From a virus: a stretch of 32,000 nucleotides of DNA. A model generated the notes under the pieces. It saw nothing but the letters and a program-made list of their open reading frames with translations. It ran no database searches and was not told where the DNA came from. Both the position numbers and the translations under genes were made by a program. The stretch lies in IMG/VR virus record IMGVR_UViG_3300045988_160163, positions 9,666-41,665 of that record; one strand, written 5' to 3'. Positions within the stretch are counted from its first letter, which is position 1, and each line of letters begins with the position of its first letter. Below are positions 10,109 to 16,636 of the stretch, piece after piece.

Positions 10109-10345
10109 GTGGTGGTTTATATTAACAAAGCTAACAGATTAAAAGAGATACGTCCTAATGATGCATTAATACTTATCAAGTCTGTTGGATTAAGAAAGAA
10201 ATATGAACAGGTTTTGATTATGAGATACGTATATGACATGTCATGTACCGAAATTGCAGATGCATTACATATGGAAGTACAAACCATAAGGAACAGAGTA
10301 TGCAAAGCAAGAAAAATGTTTGATAAATATGTGAGCAATCTATAA
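10109..10345 (+). CDS. Sigma-70 region-4-only HTH DNA-binding protein
   Basis: 78 aa from a GTG start. LRKKYEQVLIMRYVYDMSCTEIADALHMEVQTIRNRVCKARKMF fits the sigma-70 region 4 / ECF HTH pattern (L.....R.v..lry..g.s..EIA..l......V..r...Ar). Followed by an intrinsic terminator. Confidence 0.55.
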   Translation: MVVYINKANRLKEIRPNDALILIKSVGLRKKYEQVLIMRYVYDMSCTEIADALHMEVQTIRNRVCKARKMFDKYVSNL

Positions 10346-10364
10346 TGGTTGCTCATTTTATTTT
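10332..10364 (+). terminator. Intrinsic terminator
   Basis: TGAGCAA (10332-10338) pairs with TTGCTCA (10349-10355), followed by TTTTATTTT. Confidence 0.6.
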
Positions 10365-10375
10365 GGGTATTTTAT

Positions 10376-10420
10376 GAGTATTATTCGAGTATTAAATTAT
10401 TTGTTGCGTAACCATATAAT
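10376..10420 (+). promoter_or_regulatory. Candidate activator-dependent promoter: direct repeats GAGTATTA x2 plus TATAAT
   Basis: GAGTATTA occurs at 10376-10383 and 10387-10394, with an 11-bp (one helical turn) register. The second copy overlaps a poor -35 (TTAAAT), 17 nt upstream of TATAAT (10415-10420). Confidence 0.35.
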
Positions 10421-10446
10421 TAAAGCGTAATAAAGAGGTGGTTGAA

Positions 10447-10887
10447 ATGTATAACAATTATAATCCAGCACAAGCACGAATTGACAGTTTGATGCAGCAA
10501 AGACAAATGATAGATCAACAAATTCAGCAAGTACAACAGTATGCAAATATTCCACCTATCAACATTAATAATCAGATTACACCACAACAACAAGGTAATT
10601 TTGATTTTAATGGAAAATGGGTGAACGATGAGCAGGAAGCTAGAAACTTTGCGAATGCAAATTTACCAACGATTTTATTTGATAACAATAAATCTATTTT
10701 TTATATGAAATCTTTAGATGGAACATTTAAAAAATTTAAATTTGAAGAAATCACGGAAGATACTTCTAACAGTATTGAAAATCGTGTAAATGGAATCGAA
10801 AAGAAATTAGATGATTTGATATGTGCATTAAGCAAACCACCAAAACAAGCTAATGAGCAACCAAAGAAAGGAGCACAAACAAAATGA
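10447..10887 (+). CDS. Q-rich hypothetical protein
   Basis: ATG 10447 lies 7 nt after AGAGGTGG. The N-terminal third is Q-rich (LMQQRQMIDQQIQQVQQY..TPQQQ) and the C-terminal part looks globular. No family recognised. Confidence 0.5.
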   Translation: MYNNYNPAQARIDSLMQQRQMIDQQIQQVQQYANIPPININNQITPQQQGNFDFNGKWVNDEQEARNFANANLPTILFDNNKSIFYMKSLDGTFKKFKFEEITEDTSNSIENRVNGIEKKLDDLICALSKPPKQANEQPKKGAQTK

Positions 10888-11126
10888 ATCCTTTAAAAAG
10901 TATTATGGGTAATATGAATCCAATGAATATGATGAATATGGGAAATCCCCAACAAATGTTAATGAATATGCTATCACAGAAAAATCCACAAGCATTTCAA
11001 CAATTTCAAATGCTTATGAACAGTGGCCAAAATCCACAAATGATTTTAAATCAGATGATGGGTAATTTAAATCCACAACAAAAGCAACAACTTCAACAAA
11101 TGGCAAAACAGTTTGGAATCAGGTAA
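10884..11126 (+). CDS. Q/N/M/P low-complexity protein (NPQ repeats)
   Basis: 80 aa made almost entirely of M, N, Q and P, with recurring NPQ(Q)M motifs. ATGA start/stop overlap with the upstream gene. Confidence 0.5.
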   Translation: MNPLKSIMGNMNPMNMMNMGNPQQMLMNMLSQKNPQAFQQFQMLMNSGQNPQMILNQMMGNLNPQQKQQLQQMAKQFGIR

Positions 11127-11167
11127 CAACGGATAAACCGTTATTATAGAAAGAAAGGAGAACATAT

Positions 11168-11791
11168 ATGATGGAAAACGGAATGGGAATTCAACCAACT
11201 TACAACTTAGCCGAAAGAAATGACGGCTTTGGAGACGGAGGAGGTTGGTGGATTTGGATCTTGCTAATCTTCGTATTATTTGGATATGGAGGATATGGCA
11301 ACGGAAACCTAACAAATGATTCTTTATTAAATGAAGAATTCATTAAACGAGATATTTTTAACACAAACACAAATGTATCTCAAACAGGTTGTCAAACTCA
11401 ACGTGATGTATTAGAAAGTCGCTATACTAATCAGTTAGGACTTCAAAACTTGCAAGCTCAGCAACAAGAATGCTGCTGCAACACTCAACGAGCAATTGAC
11501 AATGTAAATGCTCAAAGTTTCAAAAATACTTGTGACATTACAACAGCAATTCATTCAGAAGGTGAAGCAACACGTGCGTTGATCAATGCAAACACTATGC
11601 AAGAATTACGTGATCGTTTAGCTGATCGTGATCGTGAATTATTGACGGCTAATTTCCAATTAAGTCAACAGGCACAATCAGCAAACATCATTAATACTTT
11701 GCAACCAACACCAAAACCAGCTTACATTACATGTTCACCATATTACGCTTATAACAACGGATGTGGATGTAATGGCTACAACAACTTATAA
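11168..11791 (+). CDS. Membrane-anchored coiled-coil protein with Cys clusters
   Basis: GGAG SD. Gly-flanked TM segment (GFGDGGGWWIWILLIFVLFGYGGYGNG), then a Q-rich coiled coil containing a CCC motif, then a C-terminal CSPYY..NGCGCNGY. The N-terminus weakly recalls YjcZ-type tiny TM sporulation proteins. Confidence 0.5.
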   Translation: MMENGMGIQPTYNLAERNDGFGDGGGWWIWILLIFVLFGYGGYGNGNLTNDSLLNEEFIKRDIFNTNTNVSQTGCQTQRDVLESRYTNQLGLQNLQAQQQECCCNTQRAIDNVNAQSFKNTCDITTAIHSEGEATRALINANTMQELRDRLADRDRELLTANFQLSQQAQSANIINTLQPTPKPAYITCSPYYAYNNGCGCNGYNNL

Positions 11792-11832
11792 TCTAGCACA
11801 TATGTGATTAGGCAATTGCCTTTGGATTTAAC

Positions 11833-11860
11833 GGGATAGTCAAAAGGCTATCCCTATTTT
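11833..11860 (+). terminator. Intrinsic terminator
   Basis: GGGATAGTC (11833-11841) pairs with GGCTATCCC (11846-11854) around an AAAA loop, followed by TATTTT. Confidence 0.65.
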
Positions 11861-11878
11861 AATAGGAGGATAAAAGAA

Positions 11879-12298
11879 ATGATTAATAGTATTGCTACGG
11901 CTGTTCAGACAGTCGATAATTCAAATAATGTTTTGTTTCCTACAGATCGTGTAAGATCAAAATCATGCCAGTGTCCATGTAAAGGATGGTTGGCACACGA
12001 TCTAGGAAGTGGATTGTTTACACTAACAAAGCCAGGTATCTATGAAGTAACTTATACTGCGGATATTACGAGTGCAGCGGCAGGACAAGCTTCTTTAGTA
12101 CTTGAACTAAACGGAGAAGCAATTGGTGGAACACAATCTATTTATACTGTTGCAACTGCAAATGCATACGGAAATGTAAGTGGAGACACTCTAATTCAAG
12201 TTCCATGTGGCGCATCTTATACAATTGCATTAGCAAATGACAGTGGTTTAGATCTATCTATTCAAAATGCAAACATTATCATTAAAAAGATTGCGTAG
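11879..12298 (+). CDS. C1q/TNF-like (BclA C-terminal-domain-like) jelly-roll protein
   Basis: 139 aa with an AGGAGGA SD. The pattern V.F......G.F.L..PGIYEVTY......AG.ASL.LELNGEAIGG.......A.....SGD.LI.V..G....L.N.SG......NANIII.KI matches my memory of the BclA-C/C1q-like fold. Confidence 0.45.
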   Translation: MINSIATAVQTVDNSNNVLFPTDRVRSKSCQCPCKGWLAHDLGSGLFTLTKPGIYEVTYTADITSAAAGQASLVLELNGEAIGGTQSIYTVATANAYGNVSGDTLIQVPCGASYTIALANDSGLDLSIQNANIIIKKIA

Positions 12299-12307
12299 GT
12301 GAAAAAT

Positions 12308-12781
12308 ATGCATAAAGCAATGGAAGTTAATGAAAAGATAATGCATGAGTCAGTAAACATGTTAGAGAAATATGGATATGCAGAATCTTATTTCCATGCA
12401 TTATCTCAAGCTTTGGATAATATCAAAGATATTGAAACTATAGAAGCAATGAGAAATAAATATCAAATTGAGATAGGGAAAGATGGAGTTTCAACTGTAG
12501 CCCGATTAAAAGAAGATAATGATGGATATAATATTCATGATCCAGAAACAGAAGATATTGTTTATAAGCTTGCGGAACATTTGAAAAAATATAAAGCGTT
12601 CAAAGAAGAATATAAGCGTACAAAAGGCGAGATGGATTTGGAAAAGTCTCATCGTGAATTAGATAAGACTATGAAATGTATGCAACAAATCGTAACTATG
12701 ATTCATGGATGCGTTGATTCAGATGAAGAAAAAACAATGATTAAGACACATATACGAGACATGTTTAATATGTATCAATAA
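12308..12781 (+). CDS. Helical hypothetical protein
   Basis: ATG 12308 lies 7 nt after AGGTGA (a GTG at 12299 is also in frame). 157 aa, charged and helical. No family recognised. Confidence 0.5.
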   Translation: MHKAMEVNEKIMHESVNMLEKYGYAESYFHALSQALDNIKDIETIEAMRNKYQIEIGKDGVSTVARLKEDNDGYNIHDPETEDIVYKLAEHLKKYKAFKEEYKRTKGEMDLEKSHRELDKTMKCMQQIVTMIHGCVDSDEEKTMIKTHIRDMFNMYQ

Positions 12782-12807
12782 GGCCGTTAAATACGGTCTT
12801 TTATTTT
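12781..12807 (+). terminator. Intrinsic terminator
   Basis: AGGCCGT (12781-12787) pairs with ACGGTCT (12793-12799, one G-U pair), followed by TTTATTTT. Confidence 0.55.
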
Positions 12808-12821
12808 GTACAGTGTACAAA
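12805..12821. promoter_or_regulatory. 17-bp perfect inverted repeat upstream of holin
   Basis: TTTGTACA-G-TGTACAAA, located between the terminator and the holin SD. Confidence 0.3.
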
Positions 12822-12860
12822 CGATTTAAATACTATTATTAGGATAGGAGGTATTTGTAA

Positions 12861-13082
12861 ATGAAAAAATATAGTAAAGAATGGTGGGTTCAATATGGCT
12901 ATTATGCAAGTATCAGAGCATTAAAGACAATTGCTCAAACTGCTGTTGGTGTTATTGGAGCATCTGCATTATTGGAAGCCGTTGATTGGCGAGTTGTAAT
13001 TTCGTCAGCGGTTTTGTCAGGCATCGTCTCGTTGCTGACTAGTATTGGCGGATTACCTGAAATTAGTGTACCGGAGGAATAA
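12861..13082 (+). CDS. Holin
   Basis: 73 aa with two hydrophobic segments (TIAQTAVGVIGASALL; VVISSAVLSGIVSLLTSIGGL) and an acidic C-terminus. GGAGG SD. Lies immediately upstream of the amidase. Resembles phiLC3/LL-H-type holins from memory. Confidence 0.65.
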   Translation: MKKYSKEWWVQYGYYASIRALKTIAQTAVGVIGASALLEAVDWRVVISSAVLSGIVSLLTSIGGLPEISVPEE

Positions 13083-13084
13083 TA

Positions 13085-13198
13085 ATGAATGATGAAGAAA
13101 AAGTAGTAGATTATGAGAATCTATCAGAAGAAGCAAAAGAAGAATTAAGCAATGGCAAGGAAGAAGGTGTAGATGAAGAATGTCGTATTCCGGATTAG
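13085..13198 (+). CDS. Possible 37-aa acidic peptide between holin and endolysin
   Basis: ATG lies 2 nt after the holin stop. Product MNDEEKVVDYENLSEEAKEELSNGKEEGVDEECRIPD. Overlaps the endolysin start by 19 nt. No independent support. Confidence 0.25.
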   Translation: MNDEEKVVDYENLSEEAKEELSNGKEEGVDEECRIPD

Positions 13199-14256
13199 CA
13201 ACATATTGTAACAGAACATCACAACATTATGATGGTCGTTTTGGATATAAGGTTTGTAAAATCACTCCACACTACATGGCTGCGGCATGGAGTGGTAAAC
13301 AATGTGCAGATTATTTTGCACGAAATACTCGTCAAGCATCTTCCAATTATTGTATTGGAATTAATGGAGACATTGCATGCAGTGTTGATGAAGAAAATGC
13401 TGCATGGACAAGTTCAAATTGGTTGAATGATTCTCAATCAATTACAATTGAATGTGGAAACATTAATAACGCAACTGGAGAAATGACGCAAGCTACTTGG
13501 GATAGCTTGGTGAACCTATGTGTTGATATTTGTAAACGATATGGATTTAGATTGAACTATACAGGAAATTCTAGCGGATCATTGACTATGCACAAAATGT
13601 TTTCGGCTACATCATGTCCTGGAGCATGGTTGGAAGCACGTATGCCACAATTGGCTAATGAAGTAAATGCAAAGTTAGATGGAAAGGTTGAAACACCAAA
13701 ACCTACAACTCCAAGTGGAGAAAAATATTCAGTTAATTTACCTATCTGTACAAACACATTGAGTGTGAATTGCTACGGAACTTCTACAGTTAAAAAAGGT
13801 GATTGGTCAGGTGTCATTGGTAGAGTAATTAAAGGAACAAAATATCCATATCGTGTTGATCGTAATGGAGTAGCGATTGGATGGACTAATGATGCTGGTA
13901 TTGATACAGATCCCCATACACCAGTAGGCGCTACACAGTCTAGCGCAGAAACTATCGACCAAATCTTGCATGAAGGAAGCTATGTTACATCTGTACATAT
14001 GAAAATTGGCAACCAAGGCTTGAAGAAAATTGGCGATGATTTATGCTGCTACTTGTCTAAATTAGGAGGTTGGTTTCCTATTCGTATGGTAGATAAAGTA
14101 CCAAATTCAGATGGATATAATGACAATGTACTGCATACCACAAATGCAGTAGTCTACGTATCTAGAATCAGAGTCGATGCAGTGAATGTTCAAAAAAATA
14201 TTGTCAAGATTGGTGGCGTTTGGGTTGATCCAACACCGTTAACAGAAATTGAATAA
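13180..14256 (+). CDS. Endolysin: N-acetylmuramoyl-L-alanine amidase (Amidase_2/PGRP type) with C-terminal wall-binding region
   Basis: ITPHYMAA..SSNYCIG..GDIACSVDEENAAWTS..SQSITIECGN..MHKMFSATSCPG fits the Amidase_2 zinc-amidase pattern. The C-terminal ~180 aa are beta-rich and could be SH3-like repeats. Located after the holin. Confidence 0.8.
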   Translation: MSYSGLATYCNRTSQHYDGRFGYKVCKITPHYMAAAWSGKQCADYFARNTRQASSNYCIGINGDIACSVDEENAAWTSSNWLNDSQSITIECGNINNATGEMTQATWDSLVNLCVDICKRYGFRLNYTGNSSGSLTMHKMFSATSCPGAWLEARMPQLANEVNAKLDGKVETPKPTTPSGEKYSVNLPICTNTLSVNCYGTSTVKKGDWSGVIGRVIKGTKYPYRVDRNGVAIGWTNDAGIDTDPHTPVGATQSSAETIDQILHEGSYVTSVHMKIGNQGLKKIGDDLCCYLSKLGGWFPIRMVDKVPNSDGYNDNVLHTTNAVVYVSRIRVDAVNVQKNIVKIGGVWVDPTPLTEIE

Positions 14257-14275
14257 AAAAAATATAAAAAATTGT

Positions 14276-14304
14276 TTGACATAATATAGTTTATACTGTA
14301 TTAT
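14276..14304 (+). promoter_or_regulatory. Sigma-A-type promoter reading into the att-like region
   Basis: TTGACA (14276-14281), a 17-nt spacer, then TATTAT (14299-14304). No ORF downstream before the terminator at 14450. Confidence 0.5.
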
Positions 14305-14421
14305 CTTTCTTGCGTGAAGCAGTGAGGTACATTTTGGGGTACAAAACAACAAAGTGCTATCAAAACACGTAGATAATGATGTAAATAACATCAAAAATCA
14401 ATTGATATGAGGTATTTATAT

Positions 14422-14440
14422 AATCCCCTCATCTGCTCCA
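14422..14440 (+). other. tRNA 3'-end-like segment (candidate att core); not a complete tRNA
   Basis: AAT-CCCCT-CATCTGC-T-CCA reads as T-loop end, T-stem 3' strand, 7-nt acceptor strand, discriminator U and CCA. No matching 5' acceptor strand, D arm or anticodon arm lies upstream. Confidence 0.5.
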
Positions 14441-14449
14441 TTGAAATTT

Positions 14450-14476
14450 AAGCCTTTATTTAAAGGCTTTTTTATT
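14450..14476 (+). terminator. Intrinsic terminator directly after the tRNA-like end
   Basis: AAGCCTTTA (14450-14458) pairs with TAAAGGCTT (14461-14469), followed by TTTTATTT. Confidence 0.65.
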
Positions 14477-14480
14477 TGCC

Positions 14481-14530
14481 TTGGGGTATATTGGGGTATA
14501 ATTTGATATTAAAATATTGAATTATACCCC
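14481..14530. repeat. Candidate integrase arm-type binding sites
   Basis: Tandem TTGGGGTATA x2 (14481-14500) and an inverted TATACCCC (14523-14530). A further TTGGGGTA copy lies at 14334-14341, on the other side of the core. Confidence 0.5.
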
Positions 14531-14567
14531 TTTTTTGCATATTATGGACATATAAGAGGGCACAAAA

Positions 14568-15665
14568 ATGGCAGTGGAATTAGATAGGAAAACAGGAAAA
14601 TATATGTTTGCCGGGAAAATATATAAAGATGGTAAATGTATAAAGAGATATCGTAAGCGTGGTTTTGATTCTAAATGGGAAGCACAAAAAGCTGAGATTG
14701 AATTTAGGAAAGATTTCTTTATGCTTCCATCAGATATGAATTTTGATAGACTATATAAAGCTTTTAAAGAATATAATAAAAAATATGTAAAAGAATCAAC
14801 ACTAAAATCAGATGAATATTTGTACAATGTTCTTTCTAAGGAAATGAAAGATATTGATTTTCTAGATAAAAGGCAAATGCAAAACTTGATCAACAAATTT
14901 GATGAGAAATATTCAAAAGCATACGTATCAAGAATATATTTCTTTTTAAATAAGCTATATAAATTTGGTGTTACTTCTGAATACATTCCAACCAATCCAA
15001 TGACATATGTAAAACGTGATCTTAGATTGAATGAAAGAAAAGAAGAAATGACAATATGGCAGCAATATGATTTTGATTTATTCATTGAAGAAGTGGATGA
15101 ACAAATGATGAAATGCTTTTATTCTGTTTTATTCTATATGGGATTACGAAAAGGTGAAGCCATGGCCCTACAATGGAAGGACATTGATTTTAGAAAACAA
15201 ACTATAGACATCAACAAAACATATAGATACAAAGAGAAAGACCCTAATAAATGGCTTACACCGCCAAAAACAAACAATAGCTATAGAACTATCACAATGC
15301 CTAATACATTGTCTAAAATGCTTCGAGAATGGTTTTTAGAATGTTCTAAATGGGATGATTTCACAAAAGATAAATTTGTATTTGGATACTATAAACCAAT
15401 ATCACCTCAAACGGTACAAAGAAGATTTGATGATGCATATAATAAGGCAAAAGAAAAAGATGATGGATTGCCTAAAATAAGAATTCATGATTTTAGACAT
15501 TCACACGCATCATTTCTAATTAATAACATGGCTGGAGCTGGATTCTCAGATTTTGACATAGCCAAACGCTTAGGAGATACAGTTGAAACATTGCACAATA
15601 CATATGCACACTGGTTTGATACAAAAGATAAGAGCATTGTTGATATGATGAATAAGTTGTTATAA
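14568..15665 (+). CDS. int: Tyrosine-type site-specific integrase with AP2-like arm-binding N-terminus
   Basis: 365 aa with an AAGAGGG SD. The N-terminus (GKYMFAGKIYKDGKCIKRYRKRGFDSKWEAQKAE) resembles the AP2-like arm-binding domain. Catalytic motifs GLRKGE, HDFRHSHAS and LHNTYAHW (R..H-x-x-R..Y) are present. Confidence 0.9.
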   Translation: MAVELDRKTGKYMFAGKIYKDGKCIKRYRKRGFDSKWEAQKAEIEFRKDFFMLPSDMNFDRLYKAFKEYNKKYVKESTLKSDEYLYNVLSKEMKDIDFLDKRQMQNLINKFDEKYSKAYVSRIYFFLNKLYKFGVTSEYIPTNPMTYVKRDLRLNERKEEMTIWQQYDFDLFIEEVDEQMMKCFYSVLFYMGLRKGEAMALQWKDIDFRKQTIDINKTYRYKEKDPNKWLTPPKTNNSYRTITMPNTLSKMLREWFLECSKWDDFTKDKFVFGYYKPISPQTVQRRFDDAYNKAKEKDDGLPKIRIHDFRHSHASFLINNMAGAGFSDFDIAKRLGDTVETLHNTYAHWFDTKDKSIVDMMNKLL

Positions 15666-15721
15666 AAAGTGATATTAGATTACACAATGTTACAAAAAAG
15701 TACAAAATAGGAGAAATTTGA

Positions 15722-15750
15722 TTGAAATTCACTAGCAAATAATGTAATAT
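15722..15750 (+). promoter_or_regulatory. Near-consensus sigma-A promoter
   Basis: TTGAAA (15722-15727), a 17-nt spacer, then TAATAT (15745-15750). Confidence 0.55.
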
Positions 15751-15756
15751 ACGGAT

Positions 15757-16060
15757 GAAGATAAGCTTGCTGCTCTATCTTGTTTGTCACAGATTAGGTT
15801 CTGTTAAGCTATGATTAAGTATTGTGTTCCAGCATGCATAGTGCTTATAGCTTCTGTAGGGTTGTTTGTGTTCACCTCGAACTGGATAGGTCTATTGGCT
15901 GAAAGAAAACATTCTGATTGTGTATGTGAGGATAGAAAGATGGCTATCGCGCACGAAAGTGTCAAGGGTAGGAATGTAAATTCTGATGAGATGTGGGAAC
16001 TATCGCCCCACCATATACACAAATTGTAGGCCTTGTTAATGCAACAAGGCCTTTACTTTA
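15757..16060 (+). ncRNA. Candidate ~300-nt structured RNA of unknown class (alternative: 72-aa membrane protein ORF 15811-16029)
   Basis: G+C is about 40% by hand count against ~30% in the flanks. 72-aa ORFs are open on both strands. The + ORF has only a weak SD and G/C-rich third positions. Structural elements: GNRA hairpins cac-GAAA-gtg (15952-15961) and gaat-GTAA-attc (15972-15983), helices 15806-15812/15847-15853 and 15919-15928/16012-16021, and a terminal terminator. Confidence 0.45.
16028..16060 (+). terminator. Intrinsic terminator
   Basis: AGGCCTTGTT (16028-16037) pairs with AACAAGGCCT (16043-16052), a 10-bp stem with a 5-nt loop, followed by TTACTTTA. Confidence 0.65.
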
Positions 16061-16078
16061 TATTTGGGAGATATAATC

Positions 16079-16447
16079 ATGAATAAATCGAAAAAGATGT
16101 TATATAAAATAACAGATGAATACATAGAAATGTTTGGATTGGATGAATCATATAAAGATAAAACTATTGCTTTGTATGATGATAGAATAAATCATATAGA
16201 AAGACACAGAGAAGATTTTAATGATCCTTTGTTTTTAGATATTGTTTTCAGAGATTTATCATTGATTGTTTCTAATCCAGATTTTATATCGGAGGACAAA
16301 AAGAATAACAGCTTACAAATTGTCAAGAAAATGGAAGACAATGTACTAGTTGCAGTTAGAATAAGTTCAGGGCCAATATTAAAAATTAAAACGATTTATC
16401 CAATAAATGAAACTAAATACAATAAATTAAAAACAAATAAATTATAA
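16079..16447 (+). CDS. PBECR-like (phage-barnase-EndoU-colicinE5/D-RelE fold) putative nuclease/toxin
   Basis: ATG 16079 lies 7 nt after GGGAGA. 122 aa. IALYDDRINHIERHREDF..LIVSNPDFISEDKKNNSLQIVKK..VLVAVRIS..IKTIYPI matches my recollection of small PBECR-family proteins on Firmicute mobile elements (I.L...RI.HI..RH...PD.I...T.Y). Confidence 0.45.
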   Translation: MNKSKKMLYKITDEYIEMFGLDESYKDKTIALYDDRINHIERHREDFNDPLFLDIVFRDLSLIVSNPDFISEDKKNNSLQIVKKMEDNVLVAVRISSGPILKIKTIYPINETKYNKLKTNKL

Positions 16448-16462
16448 TAGTTAGAGGTGTAT

Positions 16463-16636
16463 ATGAAGATAATAGATTATGTAATAAAAGGACTTAAAAA
16501 TATAAACTTGTTTCCAAAGGTTGAGATTAAAATAGGATCGTTTTATGACGACTATATATCATTATCTAATGATTGGAATATAGTTGGTGAAGATATTAAA
16601 CAAGTTATGAAAGAATACAAAAAGAAAAACAGATAG
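16463..16636 (+). CDS. 57-aa hypothetical protein (candidate partner/immunity of the upstream nuclease)
   Basis: Below the ORF-track cutoff. ATG 16463 follows an AGAGGTG SD. Product MKIIDYVIKGLKNINLFPKVEIKIGSFYDDYISLSNDWNIVGEDIKQVMKEYKKKNR. Starts 15 nt after the upstream stop and is followed by a terminator. Confidence 0.4.
   Translation: MKIIDYVIKGLKNINLFPKVEIKIGSFYDDYISLSNDWNIVGEDIKQVMKEYKKKNR

Larger units (their letters stand above)
14311..14476 (+). ncRNA. Candidate ~165-nt non-coding transcript spanning the att core
   Basis: Bounded by the promoter above and the terminator below, with no ORF. GCAGTGAGG (14319-14327) can pair with CCTCATCTGC (14427-14436, one bulged U), leaving a 3' UCCA. 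Confidence 0.3.

Noticed and set aside
11797-11821. Back-to-back perfect palindromes CACATATGTG (11797-11806) and AGGCAATTGCCT (11810-11821) as a regulatory site.
   Set aside because: They are short, sit just upstream of a strong terminator, and have no repeats elsewhere. I could not connect them to any feature. Palindromes of this length are fairly common in AT-rich DNA.
13229-13426. Alternative-frame + ORFs inside the endolysin (13229-13426) and the replisome organizer (23177-23392).
   Set aside because: They are short, lack an SD, and are nested out of frame in genes with strong family signatures.
14360-14440. A complete tRNA gene ending at the ...TCCA at 14440.
   Set aside because: No 5' acceptor strand (GCAGATG) is present. 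No D arm or anticodon arm is visible. The would-be T-stem 5' strand does not pair with CCCCT. Only the last ~19 nt are tRNA-like, consistent with an att core fragment.
14257-14567. Reading this region as a simple prophage-host junction (attR followed by chromosome).
   Set aside because: Everything to the right is also phage-like: integrase, Ltp, repressor, then early and replication genes. The arm-type repeats lie on both sides of the core. An attP or tandem-prophage configuration fits better. This cannot be proven without the contig context.
14522-15085. 187-aa ORF on the - strand, antisense to the integrase N-terminus.
   Set aside because: S/L/F/I/Y-rich composition is typical of the antisense of a K/E-rich gene. 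There is no SD. It lies fully inside a gene with clear integrase motifs.
15983-15990. CTGATGAG inside the candidate RNA, identical to the hammerhead ribozyme core box. A GAAA and a GTC also lie nearby (15955-15963).
   Set aside because: The elements are in the wrong order and context. No GAAA follows a stem II after the CUGAUGA box (the sequence there reads CATATACAC), and the upstream GAAA-GUGUC leaves no room for stem III. A single 8-mer match is expected by chance in 64 kb of two-strand sequence.
15757-16027. Classical type III antitoxin (tandem RNA repeats) upstream of the nuclease.
   Set aside because: Only scattered short repeats are present: ATTCTGAT at 15911 and 15980, CTATCGC at 15944 and 16000, and GGATAG at 15884 and 15930. 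There is no tandem array of 30-40-nt units.
15804-16029. The two 72-aa ORFs (15811-16029 + and 15804-16022 -) as protein-coding genes.
   Set aside because: Equal-length ORFs on both strands, raised G+C, G/C-rich third positions and a poor SD argue for a stop-poor structured RNA. The + ORF does have a plausible TM helix (CIVLIASVGLFVFTSNWIGLLA), so this rejection is tentative and is flagged in the finding.
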